From an uncultured Thermoleophilia bacterium (GTDB taxonomy: Bacteria; Actinomycetota; Thermoleophilia; Gaiellales; Gaiellaceae): a DNA stretch of 64,000 nucleotides. Shown one piece after another: positions 6,883 through 15,826 of this stretch. Made by a program: the position numbers and the translations under genes. The notes below the pieces were generated by a model, which was not told where the DNA came from, ran no database searches, and saw nothing but the letters and a program-made list of their open reading frames with translations. Where the stretch lies: assembly GCA_963786185.1 (NCBI GenBank), contig CAWAYE010000004.1:44105-108104 (forward strand). Reading direction: 5' to 3'. Within the stretch, counting starts at the first letter, position 1; the number at the start of each line of letters is the position of its first letter.

Positions 6883-8070
6883 CGCCTCGGTCGCGAGCGA
6901 AATCTCGCGCACGACCTCGACGATGTCGCGGTTCGCGTTCCACACGCGCAGCTGCCGGTCGGATCCGTTTCCGCGGGCGAGGATCTCGCGCACACCTTCG
7001 AGCTCGCGTTCCGAGCCGAGCTCACGGGCATGCGGCGCGACGTCCCGGAGCGTGCGGCGGACGAGCTGAGCGACCGGCACGCGGTTCCGACGGCCCGTGG
7101 CGAGATCCATCACCGGCGCCTCGAGGCCGTAGCGCGCCGCGAGCCACTTGTTCTCCGTCGTCAGCAGGCGATGCCAGCTCGGGATCTTCTTGCCGGCCTC
7201 GAACTGCTCGCAGTACATCTTCACGATCGCCTGGAAGAACGCCGTGATCGCGACCACGTCCTCGAGCCTCGTGACCGCGTCGCAGACCCGCATCTCGATC
7301 GTGCCGAGACGCGGGTGCGGCCTGATGTCCCACCAGATGTGCGTGTAGTCGGCGATGCAGCCGGTGCGCTCCAGCTGCCCGACGAGCGCGGCGTAGTCCG
7401 CGTAGTCGCGGAACCGCGGCGGCGGCCCGGAGCGCGGGAACGCGGCGAACACCATTTGCCTGCTCGACGAGAGGCCCGTCGGCTCGCCCCGCCAGAAGGG
7501 CGACGACGAGGACAGCGCCAGCATCTGCGGCAGGTGCAGCAGCAGCCCGTTCATCACCTGGATCGCCTTCTCCGGGTCGTCGACGGCGACGTGCATGTGC
7601 ATGCCGAAGATCAGCTCGCGCCGCGCGACGTACTGCAGCTGGTCGACGAGCTGCCGGTACCGGTCGCGCGCGGTGATGCGCTGGCGCTCGAACAGGCTGA
7701 ACGGATGCGTCCCCGCGGAGCCGACGCGGCATCCCTGCTCCCGGGCGATCTCGGCGACGTACGCCCGGAGCTGCGAGAGCGCCGTCGCCACGTCCGCGGC
7801 CGTGCGACAGACCGGCGTCGTCACCTCGAGCACCGACTGCATCAGCTCCGCGTTGATCCGCGCCTCGTGCTCGCTGTCGGCGACCGCGGAGAGCACGGAG
7901 TCGATGTGCTGCACGAGGTCCCAGGTCTCCGGGTCGAGCAGCATGTACTCCTCCTCGACGCCGAGCGTGAACGGGTCGCCCTTGCCGAAGGCGTGGTCGA
8001 GGACGCTCGCGCCTCGGCCGCCGGTGACGGCACCTTTGCCCGTGATCGACGACGGAAAGATCTGCTTCAC
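6865..8070 (-). CDS. Carboxylate-amine ligase, YbdK/GCS2 family
   Basis: The C-terminal 400 aa of ORF 6865..9096 contain TLGVEEEYMLLD and match GCS2 throughout. GTG at 8068-8070 overlaps the RidA stop (GTGA). The exact start is uncertain. Confidence 0.85.
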   Translation of the reverse strand: MKQIFPSSITGKGAVTGGRGASVLDHAFGKGDPFTLGVEEEYMLLDPETWDLVQHIDSVLSAVADSEHEARINAELMQSVLEVTTPVCRTAADVATALSQLRAYVAEIAREQGCRVGSAGTHPFSLFERQRITARDRYRQLVDQLQYVARRELIFGMHMHVAVDDPEKAIQVMNGLLLHLPQMLALSSSSPFWRGEPTGLSSSRQMVFAAFPRSGPPPRFRDYADYAALVGQLERTGCIADYTHIWWDIRPHPRLGTIEMRVCDAVTRLEDVVAITAFFQAIVKMYCEQFEAGKKIPSWHRLLTTENKWLAARYGLEAPVMDLATGRRNRVPVAQLVRRTLRDVAPHARELGSERELEGVREILARGNGSDRQLRVWNANRDIVEVVREISLATEASAVHA

Positions 8071-8453
8071 GAGCGGAGTATCACTGCTTCCACCTCGAGC
8101 TCGACCAGCCACCGCGGGTCGAGCAGCTCTGTCACGACGCCGGTGCACGCCGGCCGCGCCCGCCCGAACGCCTCGGCGTGCGCCCGGCCGACGCCGTCGA
8201 TGTGCCCGCGCTCGGTGACGTAGATGCGCGTGCGCACGACGTCGTCGAGCGACGCGCCGGCCTCCTCGAGCGCACGCTCGATGATCCCGATGCAGACCCG
8301 CGCCTGCTCGTAGGCGTCCGGCGGTGGATCGGCGTCGTCCGGCATGATCGGAGCCGTCCCGGAAACGAGCACCCGTTCGCCGACCCGGACGGCGCGGGAG
8401 TAGCCGACGCGCTCCTCGAACGCGGCGCCCGACGAGATGCGTTGGCGCTCCAC
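8067..8453 (-). CDS. RidA/YjgF/Rid family reactive-intermediate deaminase
   Basis: The 129-aa tail of ORF 8067..9083, from GTG 8453, reads VERQRISSGAAFEERVGYSRAVRVGERVLVSGTA...RTRIYV...VELEVEAVI. Confidence 0.8.
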   Translation of the reverse strand: MERQRISSGAAFEERVGYSRAVRVGERVLVSGTAPIMPDDADPPPDAYEQARVCIGIIERALEEAGASLDDVVRTRIYVTERGHIDGVGRAHAEAFGRARPACTGVVTELLDPRWLVELEVEAVILRS

Positions 8454-8471
8454 CCGGATAGCCTGCCGCCG

Positions 8472-9263
8472 ATGCAGGCCCTGAGGCAAGTGGACGGCTG
8501 GGAATGCGACCACGCGGCCGTCGCCGTGACCGGCCGCGCGGCTGCGGAGCACGGGACGCTCGACCGCCGGTTCCCGTGGGCGTCGGTGACCAAGCTCGCC
8601 ACCGCCGTCGCCGTGCTCGTCGCGGCCGAGGAGGGGCTCGTCGGCCTCGACGAGCCGGCCGGGCCGCCGGGCGCGACCCTCCGCCACCTGCTCGCCCACG
8701 CCTCGGGCGCGCCGCCCGAGGCCGGCCCTCCGCTCGCGCCTCCGGGCCGACGCCGCGTGTACTCGAACTACGGGTTCGAGCTCGCCGCCCAGGTCGTCGC
8801 GGAGCGCTCCGACCTGGCCTTCGCCGAGTACTTCGCGGCGGTCTGGGGCGCGACCGGAATCGCGCTCGAAGGCTCGCCCGCCTCCGGCGCCACGGGCACG
8901 ATCGGCGACCTCGTCGCCCTCGCACAGGAGCTGCTCGACCCGGTGCGCATCGCCCGCGAGACGCTCGACGAGGCGTCGTCGGTGCAGTTCCCCGGGCTCG
9001 TCGGCGTGCTGCCGGGCTTCGGCCGGCAGGAGCCGAACGACTGGGGGCTGGGCTTCGAGCTCCGCGACGCGAAGTCGCCGCACTGGACCGGCTCACGCAA
9101 CTCGCAGCGCACCTTCGGGCACTTCGGCCGCAGCGGCACGTTCCTGTGGATCGACCCGGCTGCGGGGCTCGCGCTCGCCTGCCTGACCGACCGCGAGTTC
9201 GGGCCGTGGGCGGCGGACGCCTGGCCGCGCCTCTCCGATTCAGTCCTCGAGGAACTCGAGTAG
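8472..9263 (+). CDS. Serine hydrolase, beta-lactamase (class C-like) family
   Basis: An in-frame ATG at 8472 lies inside ORF 8178..9263. SVTK (SxxK), YSN (YxN) and GHFGRSG motifs are present. Confidence 0.8.
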   Translation: MQALRQVDGWECDHAAVAVTGRAAAEHGTLDRRFPWASVTKLATAVAVLVAAEEGLVGLDEPAGPPGATLRHLLAHASGAPPEAGPPLAPPGRRRVYSNYGFELAAQVVAERSDLAFAEYFAAVWGATGIALEGSPASGATGTIGDLVALAQELLDPVRIARETLDEASSVQFPGLVGVLPGFGRQEPNDWGLGFELRDAKSPHWTGSRNSQRTFGHFGRSGTFLWIDPAAGLALACLTDREFGPWAADAWPRLSDSVLEELE

Positions 9264-9956
9264 CAGCCGGTTCAGCTCGTCGGGCCGGTCGACGCCGACC
9301 AGGTGCCCGGCGCCCTCGACGACCTCGAGCCGGGCGCCGGCGACCGTCGAGGCGACGTGTTCCGCGATCGCCCGGAAGTCCGGCTGGTCGCGGTCGCCGA
9401 CGACGACGAGCGTCGGCACGGCGAGCGTCTCGAGCGGCGGCAGCTCCGGCCAGAGCACCTCCGGCTCCTCGTGTGCCGACTGCAGCTCCATCGCCCGCCG
9501 CTGCTGCGGCCGGAGCTCGTCCCGGTGCTCGGGTGCGATCCAGAACTCCAGGTTCACCTCGGTCACGGCGTCGAGATCACCGCGCTCGAACGCCTCCGCC
9601 TCGCGCGCCCAGTACTCGCGGATCGTGGGCGCCCAGTCCCAGTCGGGCAGGTCGGACGCGACCAGCACCAGCCGGTGGACGAGCTCCGGCTGCGTGAGCG
9701 CGAGGCGGAGCGCGATCCCGCCGCCCATGGAGTTGCCGACGAGCGCGCCCGGGAGCAGCGGGACGATGCGCTCGACGAACGAGAACGGCTCGGTCGGCAT
9801 CGGCTCGCTGCCGAAGCCGGGCAGGTCCGGCGCGACGACGTCGAACCGGCTCTGGAGCGCGTCGACCTGGCGGCGCCACTGCCGCGAGTCGCCGACGGCC
9901 GAATGGAGGAGGACGACGCGCGGCTTCACGCCCGTAGCATGCACCGCCGTGGGCAT
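9240..9956 (-). CDS. Alpha/beta hydrolase
   Basis: ORF 9240..9995. The probable start is ATG 9956 (MPTAVHATGVKPRVVLLHS) or GTG 9929. It has a GNSMGG nucleophile elbow and an HLVGVDRPDE C-terminal His region. Confidence 0.85.
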   Translation of the reverse strand: MPTAVHATGVKPRVVLLHSAVGDSRQWRRQVDALQSRFDVVAPDLPGFGSEPMPTEPFSFVERIVPLLPGALVGNSMGGGIALRLALTQPELVHRLVLVASDLPDWDWAPTIREYWAREAEAFERGDLDAVTEVNLEFWIAPEHRDELRPQQRRAMELQSAHEEPEVLWPELPPLETLAVPTLVVVGDRDQPDFRAIAEHVASTVAGARLEVVEGAGHLVGVDRPDELNRLLLEFLED

Positions 9957-10434
9957 CCTCGACGGCTGGCGGTTCTGTCCGCGCTGCAGCGGCACGCTCG
10001 TCCAGGAGGAGGGTCACCTGCGCTGCGAGACCTGCGGCGAGCGCTACTGGGCGAACTCGCTGCCCGCCGTGCAGGGCCTGCTCGAGCGCGACGGGCGCGT
10101 GCTGCTCGCCCGCCGTGCGATCGAGCCGCGCCTCGGCTACTGGGACCTGCCGGGCGGATTCGTCGAGGAAGGCGAGCTGCCGGGCGACGCCGTGCGCCGG
10201 GAGCTGCGCGAGGAGACCGGCCTCGAGGTCGAGCCCGTCGAGCTGATGCGCATCGACATCGAGCCGTACGGAGACCGCTTCGTCTTCTCCGTGACCTATC
10301 GCGTCACGGGCGACGGCGAGCCCGTCGCGGCGGACGACGTCGCCGAGCTGCGCTGGTTCTCGACCGACGAGCTGCCCGGCGAGATGGCGTTTCCGGGGCA
10401 GGACGACGTGCTCCGCGAGTGGTCGCGGCGCTGA
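9949..10434 (+). CDS. NUDIX hydrolase with N-terminal zinc ribbon (NudC-like)
   Basis: The tail of ORF 9625..10434 from GTG 9949 contains CPRCSG...CETCG and the Nudix box GGFVEEGELPGDAVRRELREETGL. Confidence 0.85.
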   Translation: MGILDGWRFCPRCSGTLVQEEGHLRCETCGERYWANSLPAVQGLLERDGRVLLARRAIEPRLGYWDLPGGFVEEGELPGDAVRRELREETGLEVEPVELMRIDIEPYGDRFVFSVTYRVTGDGEPVAADDVAELRWFSTDELPGEMAFPGQDDVLREWSRR

Positions 10435-10481
10435 ATTTCACTCGGACGAGGGACGTCTCCTGGGCTATCAGTCCAGGGAAA

Positions 10482-10673
10482 ATGGGCCGAACGGCTCATG
10501 CGGCCGTCCTGGGGAGCGTCGATGATCGGTGCATGGACGACTGCGGCACGTTCCACCGGATCGAGGACGACCTCTCGGGCGACTGGGTGGCCGACTGGGC
10601 GCAGGACGGCGTCGAGGCGATCGAGGAGTACCTCGTGAAGCACCTCGCGTTCCAGACCTTCCTCGAGGACTAG
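10482..10673 (+). CDS. Small acidic hypothetical protein (63 aa; ATG 10533 would give 46 aa)
   Basis: This is the tail of ORF 9303..10673. GC3 is high, AGGGAAA precedes ATG 10482, and a strong hairpin follows. Confidence 0.45.
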   Translation: MGRTAHAAVLGSVDDRCMDDCGTFHRIEDDLSGDWVADWAQDGVEAIEEYLVKHLAFQTFLED

Positions 10674-10686
10674 ACGACGGAGCTTC

Positions 10687-10711
10687 GGGCGGAGGCTTCG
10701 CGCCTCCGCCC
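10687..10711. terminator. 10-bp perfect GC hairpin between convergent genes (bidirectional terminator candidate)
   Basis: The sequence is GGGCGGAGGC-TTCGC-GCCTCCGCCC, lying between the small ORF stop (10673) and the trxA stop (10724). There is no U tract. Confidence 0.5.
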
Positions 10712-10723
10712 CGCTACGTCAGC

Positions 10724-11038
10724 TCAGGCAGCTTCGAGCCCGAGCGCGCGCTCGAGCGAGCCCTTCGGCATCGCGCCGACTGCGGATGCCTGCGGCTCTC
10801 CGCCCTCGAACAGCACCATGAACGGGATCGACGCGACGCCGTAGCGCAGCGCCAGGTCCTGGTGCTCGTCGATGTTGACCTTGACGACCTTCAGCTGGTG
10901 CTCGTCGGCGATCCGATCGAGCACGGGAGCGACCGCGTGGCACGGCCCGCACCACTCGGCCCAGAAGTCGACGATCACCTTGCCGTCGGACTTGAGGACC
11001 TCGGCGTCGAACGTGGCACTGGTTGCTTCGGTGGCCAT
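10724..11038 (-). CDS. trxA: Thioredoxin
   Basis: 104 aa from ATG 11038 (MATEAT..), with the WCGPC active site. Confidence 0.95.
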   Translation of the reverse strand: MATEATSATFDAEVLKSDGKVIVDFWAEWCGPCHAVAPVLDRIADEHQLKVVKVNIDEHQDLALRYGVASIPFMVLFEGGEPQASAVGAMPKGSLERALGLEAA

Positions 11039-11124
11039 GAGTTTCAAACCGTTCCTTTCGTGGGGCTTTTCAGATCTTCAAACGCGGGTGGGGCGCCGTT
11101 TCTTCCCCTCGGTACGATCGCTAC

Positions 11125-14100
11125 ATGCTCGCGCCGCTACCGGACAAACCCGATCATCCCGCCCTCGAGCTCGAGCTGCTCGAGCTGTGGGAGCGGGAGG
11201 GTACCTTCGCGGCGCTCCGTGCCCACAATGCGGGCGGGTCGAAGTGGTCGTTCGTCGACGGCCCCGTCACGGCGAACCGGTTCGCCCTCGGGGTGCACAC
11301 GGCGTGGGGCAGGACGCTCAAGGACGTCTTCCAGCGCTACAAGGCCCTGCGCGGCTTCGACCAGCGCTACCAGAACGGCTTCGACTGCCAGGGGCTCTGG
11401 ATCGAGGTCGGGGTCGAGCGCGAGCTCGGCCTCAATTCGAAGCCGGAGATCGAGGAGTACGGACTCGAGGAGTTCGCGCGGAAGTGCCGCGACGTCGTCG
11501 TCAGGTCGTCGGCCGCCCTGACGCGAGGCTCGAAGCGGCTCGGGCAGTGGATGGACTGGGGCAACGACTACTTCACGTTCAGCGACACGAACATCGAGTA
11601 CATCTGGAAGTTCCTCGCGCTCGTCCACGCGCGCGGCTGGCTCGTCAAGGGACACCGGTCGACCGAGTGGTGCCCGCGGTGCGGGACGTCGCTGTCGCAG
11701 CACGAGCTGACGCAGGCCGGCGTCTACCAGGATCGCGCCGATCCGTCGCTGTACGTCCGGCTCCCGCTGCTCGACCGGCCCGGCGAGTCGCTCGTCGTGT
11801 GGACGACGACGCCGTGGACGTTGCCGGCGAACGTCGCCGCGGCCGTGCATCCCGACGAGGAGTACGGACGCCGCGAGGGTGGCGAGTGGGTCGCGGTCGA
11901 GCTGTTTCCCGACGACACGTTCGTCGAGCGCCGCCGCGGCGCCGAGCTGGTCGGCTGGCGCTACCGCGGACCGTTCGACGACCTCGAGCCCGGGTCGCGG
12001 GTCGAGCACCGCGTCGTCCCCTGGGAAGACGTGACGATGGACCAGGGCACCGGCGTCGTGCACATCGCGCCGGGCGCAGGCCCCGAGGACTTCGAGCTCT
12101 CGCGCGAGCACGACCTTCCCGTGCTGACGCCCGTGGACGAGGCGGGGCGCTTCTACGACGACTACGGCTGGCTGCACGGGCTCACGACGACGGAGGCCGC
12201 CGACCAGATCATCGGCCGCCTCGGCGAGCTCGGCCTGCTCGCCGCCGAGGCGGGCCTGTACACGCACGCCTATCCGCACTGCTGGCGCTGCGACACGCCG
12301 CTGATCTTCCGGATCGCCGACGACTGGTTCATCGCGGTCGACGAGATCCGGCCGAAGCTCCTCGAGGAGAACGCCGAGGTGCAGTGGGTGCCCGAGTACA
12401 TGGGCAAGCGCATGGACGACTGGCTGCGCAACATGGGCGACTGGAACATCTCCCGGCGCCGCTACTACGGGCTGCCGCTGCCGTTCTATCCGTGCGCGTG
12501 CGGGCATCTGAACGTGATCGGGTCGAAGGCCGAGCTCGTGCAGCGTGCGCTCGAGGGCATCGACCAGCTCGAGGAGCTGCGCCGGCCGTGGATCGACCGC
12601 GTCCCGATCGCCTGCGAGCAGTGCGGCGGGCGCGTCGAGCGGATCCTCGAGGTCGGCGACGTCTGGCTCGACGCCGGAATCGTCCCGTTCGCGACGCTCG
12701 GCTGGGAGAACCCCACGCGCGTCCCCGAGGGCTACGCGACCGGCGCCGCCAAGGGACTGACGACGGCGGACCTCCCGGAGCACGCCTACTGGGAGGAGTG
12801 GTTCCCGGCCGACTGGGTGTCGGAGATGCGCGAGCAGATCCGGCTCTGGTTCTACTCGCAGTTCTTCATGTCGGTCGTGCTGACCGGCCGTTCGCCGTAC
12901 CGCCGCGTCCTCGGCTACGAGAAGATGCTCGACGAGCACGGCCGCGAGATGCACAGCTCGTGGGGCAACACGATCGACGCGGAAGACGCGTTCGCGCAGA
13001 TGGGTGCGGACGTGATGCGCTGGCAGTACTGCGCGCAGCCGCCCGACCGCAACCTGCTCTTCGGCTTCGGGCCGGCACACGAGATCAAGCGGAAGCTCCT
13101 CACGTTCTGGCATTCGGTCAAGTTCCTCGTCGACTACGCGAACATCGAGGGCTATGCACCGTCGTGGGCCGACTTCGGCAAGGTGTCCGACCCGAAGCCG
13201 CTCGACCGCTGGCTGCTCGAGCGCACGCGCCTGCTGGTCGCCGAGGCGACCGCCGGCTACGAGGCGACGCTCACGGTCGACGTGATCCGGTCGTTCGAGG
13301 CGTTCGTCGACGACGTTTCCAACTGGTACATCCGCCGGTCGCGGCGGCGCTTCTACTCGCTCGACGAAGCGGCCTTCGGATCGCTCTGGTTCGCGGTCGT
13401 GCAGTCGCTGCGCGTGATCGCGCCGATGCTGCCGTTCCTCGCCGACCACCTCTGGCGCAACCTCGTGCAGGAGGGGCCCGCGTCGGTGCATCTCGCGGGC
13501 TGGCCGGAGGCCGAGACGCCGGACGAGGCGGTGCTCGCCGAGATGGCGCAGACGCGGCGCGTCGTCGAGCTCGGCCGGCAGGCCAGGTCCACGTCGCAGC
13601 TCAAGCTGCGCCAGCCGCTTCGCCGCCTCGTCGTCGCGGGGCCGGCCGGCGGAGCCGAGCGGCACAGTGGCGAGATCGCCGACGAGCTGCGCGTCAAGGA
13701 GGTGTCGTTCGGCGACGTCGAGTCGTCGGAGCTGCGCGTGAAGCCGAACCTGCCCGTGCTCGGCCCGAAGCTCGGCTCGGCGCTGCGCGACGTGCGCGAG
13801 CGGCTCGCGAGGGGCGAGTTCGAGGAGCTCGACGGCGGGCGCTTCCGCGTCGACGGGCACGTGCTCGAGCCGCACGAGGTGCTCGTCGAGCGCGTCGGGC
13901 TCGAGGGCTGGGCGGTCGCGAGCGAGGACGGCGTCACCGTCGCCCTCGACACCGCGCTCGACGACGAGCTGCGTCGCGAGGGCCGCCTGCTCGACTGGAT
14001 CCACGAGGTGAACGGCCTGCGCAAGGGGTCGGGGCTCGCGGTCACCGACCGGGTCAAGCTGTGGCTGCCGGACGAGGAGATCGTCGCGACGTACCAGGAA

Positions 14101-14166
14101 CGGCTGCAGGCCGAGACGCTCGCAGTGTCGGTCGAGGTCGGCCCGCTCCGGGTGGAGCGCACGTGA
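11125..14166 (+). CDS. ileS: Isoleucyl-tRNA synthetase-like protein (type 2 architecture) with atypical catalytic signature motifs
   Basis: 1013 aa. The CP1 editing motif WTTTPWTLP, GTGVVHIAPG, YPHCWRC, DWNISRRRYYG and the type 2 C-terminal domain are recognisable. The positions of HIGH, WD(C/T)HGLP, DQxRGWF and KMSKS read LGVH, FDCQGLW, EQIRLWF and EMHSS. Confidence 0.8.
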   Translation: MLAPLPDKPDHPALELELLELWEREGTFAALRAHNAGGSKWSFVDGPVTANRFALGVHTAWGRTLKDVFQRYKALRGFDQRYQNGFDCQGLWIEVGVERELGLNSKPEIEEYGLEEFARKCRDVVVRSSAALTRGSKRLGQWMDWGNDYFTFSDTNIEYIWKFLALVHARGWLVKGHRSTEWCPRCGTSLSQHELTQAGVYQDRADPSLYVRLPLLDRPGESLVVWTTTPWTLPANVAAAVHPDEEYGRREGGEWVAVELFPDDTFVERRRGAELVGWRYRGPFDDLEPGSRVEHRVVPWEDVTMDQGTGVVHIAPGAGPEDFELSREHDLPVLTPVDEAGRFYDDYGWLHGLTTTEAADQIIGRLGELGLLAAEAGLYTHAYPHCWRCDTPLIFRIADDWFIAVDEIRPKLLEENAEVQWVPEYMGKRMDDWLRNMGDWNISRRRYYGLPLPFYPCACGHLNVIGSKAELVQRALEGIDQLEELRRPWIDRVPIACEQCGGRVERILEVGDVWLDAGIVPFATLGWENPTRVPEGYATGAAKGLTTADLPEHAYWEEWFPADWVSEMREQIRLWFYSQFFMSVVLTGRSPYRRVLGYEKMLDEHGREMHSSWGNTIDAEDAFAQMGADVMRWQYCAQPPDRNLLFGFGPAHEIKRKLLTFWHSVKFLVDYANIEGYAPSWADFGKVSDPKPLDRWLLERTRLLVAEATAGYEATLTVDVIRSFEAFVDDVSNWYIRRSRRRFYSLDEAAFGSLWFAVVQSLRVIAPMLPFLADHLWRNLVQEGPASVHLAGWPEAETPDEAVLAEMAQTRRVVELGRQARSTSQLKLRQPLRRLVVAGPAGGAERHSGEIADELRVKEVSFGDVESSELRVKPNLPVLGPKLGSALRDVRERLARGEFEELDGGRFRVDGHVLEPHEVLVERVGLEGWAVASEDGVTVALDTALDDELRREGRLLDWIHEVNGLRKGSGLAVTDRVKLWLPDEEIVATYQERLQAETLAVSVEVGPLRVERT

Positions 14167-14642
14167 GCCGCGCCGCGCTCGCCGCCTGTCTGCTCGCGTT
14201 GCTGGCGCTGACCGCGTGCGGCAGCACGGCCAAGCCGAAGGACGACCCCGCCCGCTTCGCGGTGAAGGTGGTGCAGCTGGTCACGCACAACCGCTACGAG
14301 CAGGTGTGGAACGACCTGCATCCCGACGATCAGAAGGTGGCGCCGCTCCAGGAGTACGTCGGGTGCGAGTCGCGGTCGCCGGTCGTCGCCGTGCCGAAGC
14401 GGATCAAGGTGCTGAGCGTGAACGACGAGTCCATCGGCATCGGCAACGGCAACTTCGCGCAGAGCAAGGCCGTCGACGTGTCGCTCGACTTCGCCGGCGG
14501 CTTCAACGTCGTGCACACCGTGCACCTGATCGCGAAGGACGGCCGCTGGAAGTGGATCCTGCCGAGCTGGCGGTTCCGCGACTACCGGGACGGCCGTTGC
14601 CCGACGACTCCGGAGTCGGGCTCGGCGCCGCAGCAGTCCTAG
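14163..14642 (+). CDS. Lipoprotein, unknown function
   Basis: GTG 14163 overlaps the ileS-like stop (GTGA). The protein starts VSRAALAACLLALLALTAC, with an L-T-A-C lipobox. It is the tail of ORF 10872..14642. Confidence 0.75.
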   Translation: MSRAALAACLLALLALTACGSTAKPKDDPARFAVKVVQLVTHNRYEQVWNDLHPDDQKVAPLQEYVGCESRSPVVAVPKRIKVLSVNDESIGIGNGNFAQSKAVDVSLDFAGGFNVVHTVHLIAKDGRWKWILPSWRFRDYRDGRCPTTPESGSAPQQS

Positions 14643-15598
14643 AGGCCCTGCTCGCGGGCGAGCGCGAGCTCGCGGCGCAGCTCGATCGGCAGCCGGAACT
14701 CGACGTCCTCGTCGACGAGGCGGTACGGCTCGATCTGCTCGACGCCGCGCGCGCGGAACCAGTCGCACACCTGCATCACGAGCTTCTCGGGCGCCGAAGC
14801 GCCGGAGGTCACGCCGACGACCGATGCCGCGTCGAGCCACTGCTCCTCGATCTCGCTCGCATCGTCGATCAGATGCGCCGCGACGCCGCCGGCACGCGCC
14901 GTCTCGACGAGCCGGTTCGAGTTCGACGAGTTGCGCGACCCGATCACGAGCAGCAGGTCGATCTCGGCGAGCATCTCCTTGACCGCCCATTGGCGATTGG
15001 AGGTCGCATAACAGATGTCTTCCTTCTTCGGTGCGTGGATCGACGGATAACGGCGGCGCAGCGCCGCGATCACCTCGGACGTCTCGTCCACCGACAGCGT
15101 CGTCTGGGTCACGTACGCGAGCCTCGCGTCCGCGCCGAAGCCGAGCGCCTCGACGTCGGCGACCGACTCGACCAGGACGATCGAGTCCGGCGCCTCGCCC
15201 ATCGTCCCGACGACTTCCTCGTGCCCGGCGTGGCCGATCAGCACGACCGTGTAGCCGGACGCGGCGTAGCGGCGCGCCTGCACGTGCACCTTCGTGACGA
15301 GCGGGCACGTCGCGTCGAGCGTCTGCAGCCGGCGGGCCGCTGCGGCCGCGTGGACGGCGGGCGCCACCCCGTGCGCCGAGAAGACGACCGTCTCCCCCTC
15401 GGGAACGTCGGCCTCGTCCTCGACGAAGACGGCGCCGCGGGCCTCGAGGTCGCGCACGACGTGGAGGTTGTGGACGATCTGCTTGCGGACGTAGACCGGT
15501 GGGCCGTAGAGGTCGAGCGCCTTCTCGACCGTCTCGACGGCCCGCTCGACGCCGGCGCAGTAGCCGCGCGGCGAGGCGAGGAGCACCTTGGAGACCAC
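14639..15598 (-). CDS. ispH: 4-hydroxy-3-methylbut-2-enyl diphosphate reductase
   Basis: 319 aa with a full-length match to IspH/LytB. The three cluster Cys are present (GYCAGV, ATCPLV, ICYAT). Confidence 0.95.
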   Translation of the reverse strand: MVSKVLLASPRGYCAGVERAVETVEKALDLYGPPVYVRKQIVHNLHVVRDLEARGAVFVEDEADVPEGETVVFSAHGVAPAVHAAAAARRLQTLDATCPLVTKVHVQARRYAASGYTVVLIGHAGHEEVVGTMGEAPDSIVLVESVADVEALGFGADARLAYVTQTTLSVDETSEVIAALRRRYPSIHAPKKEDICYATSNRQWAVKEMLAEIDLLLVIGSRNSSNSNRLVETARAGGVAAHLIDDASEIEEQWLDAASVVGVTSGASAPEKLVMQVCDWFRARGVEQIEPYRLVDEDVEFRLPIELRRELALAREQGL

Positions 15599-15755
15599 GC
15601 GTGGATCGTAGCCCTCGTTCCCCGCCGTTCCGGTTTACAAAGATGGGCCGCTCGGCCTATTCCGCTGACCGCGGGTCCTGGGATAGCGTCAGTCCACTGG
15701 GCGATGCGAGCCGCGGCGGGGGCCTTCGGGTCACGCCTGCGGCGAGCGATCACGA

Positions 15756-15792
15756 GGAGCCCGCTGCCTCGTCCCCCCGAGCAGCGGGCTCC
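15756..15792 (+). ncRNA. 12-bp perfect hairpin with a C6 loop followed by a U-rich tail (leader attenuator or sRNA 3' end candidate)
   Basis: The sequence is GGAGCCCGCTGC-CTCGTCCCCCCGA-GCAGCGGGCTCC, then ATCGTTTCT. It lies in the ispH/kinase intergenic region, 35 nt before the kinase GTG. Confidence 0.35.
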
Positions 15793-15826
15793 ATCGTTTC
15801 TGGGACGTACGATCTCCCCGAAACCG

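Noticed and set aside
6865-9096. The 743-aa ORF, and similar very long Arg/Pro/Ala-rich ORFs such as 14216-19123 (N-terminal third), 10872-14642, 11137-14004, 13353-15308, 15731-17905, 41406-43610, 41651-44566, 31058-32623 and 51865-53691.
   Set aside because: These are shadow ORFs typical of high-GC DNA. They lie antisense to or out of frame with genes that have clear family matches, and they are low-complexity. Only the segments listed as features look coding.
11039-11124. Possible T-box leader upstream of the ileS-like gene. GGGTGG occurs at about 11086, and an AUC triplet that could serve as an Ile specifier lies upstream.
   Set aside because: The remainder of the T-box consensus (GGGUGGUACCGCG) is not matched; the sequence here is GGGTGGGGCGCCG. 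I could not draw a Stem I or specifier loop or an antiterminator/sequestrator pairing. The whole gap is only 86 nt and is shared with the divergent trxA promoter.
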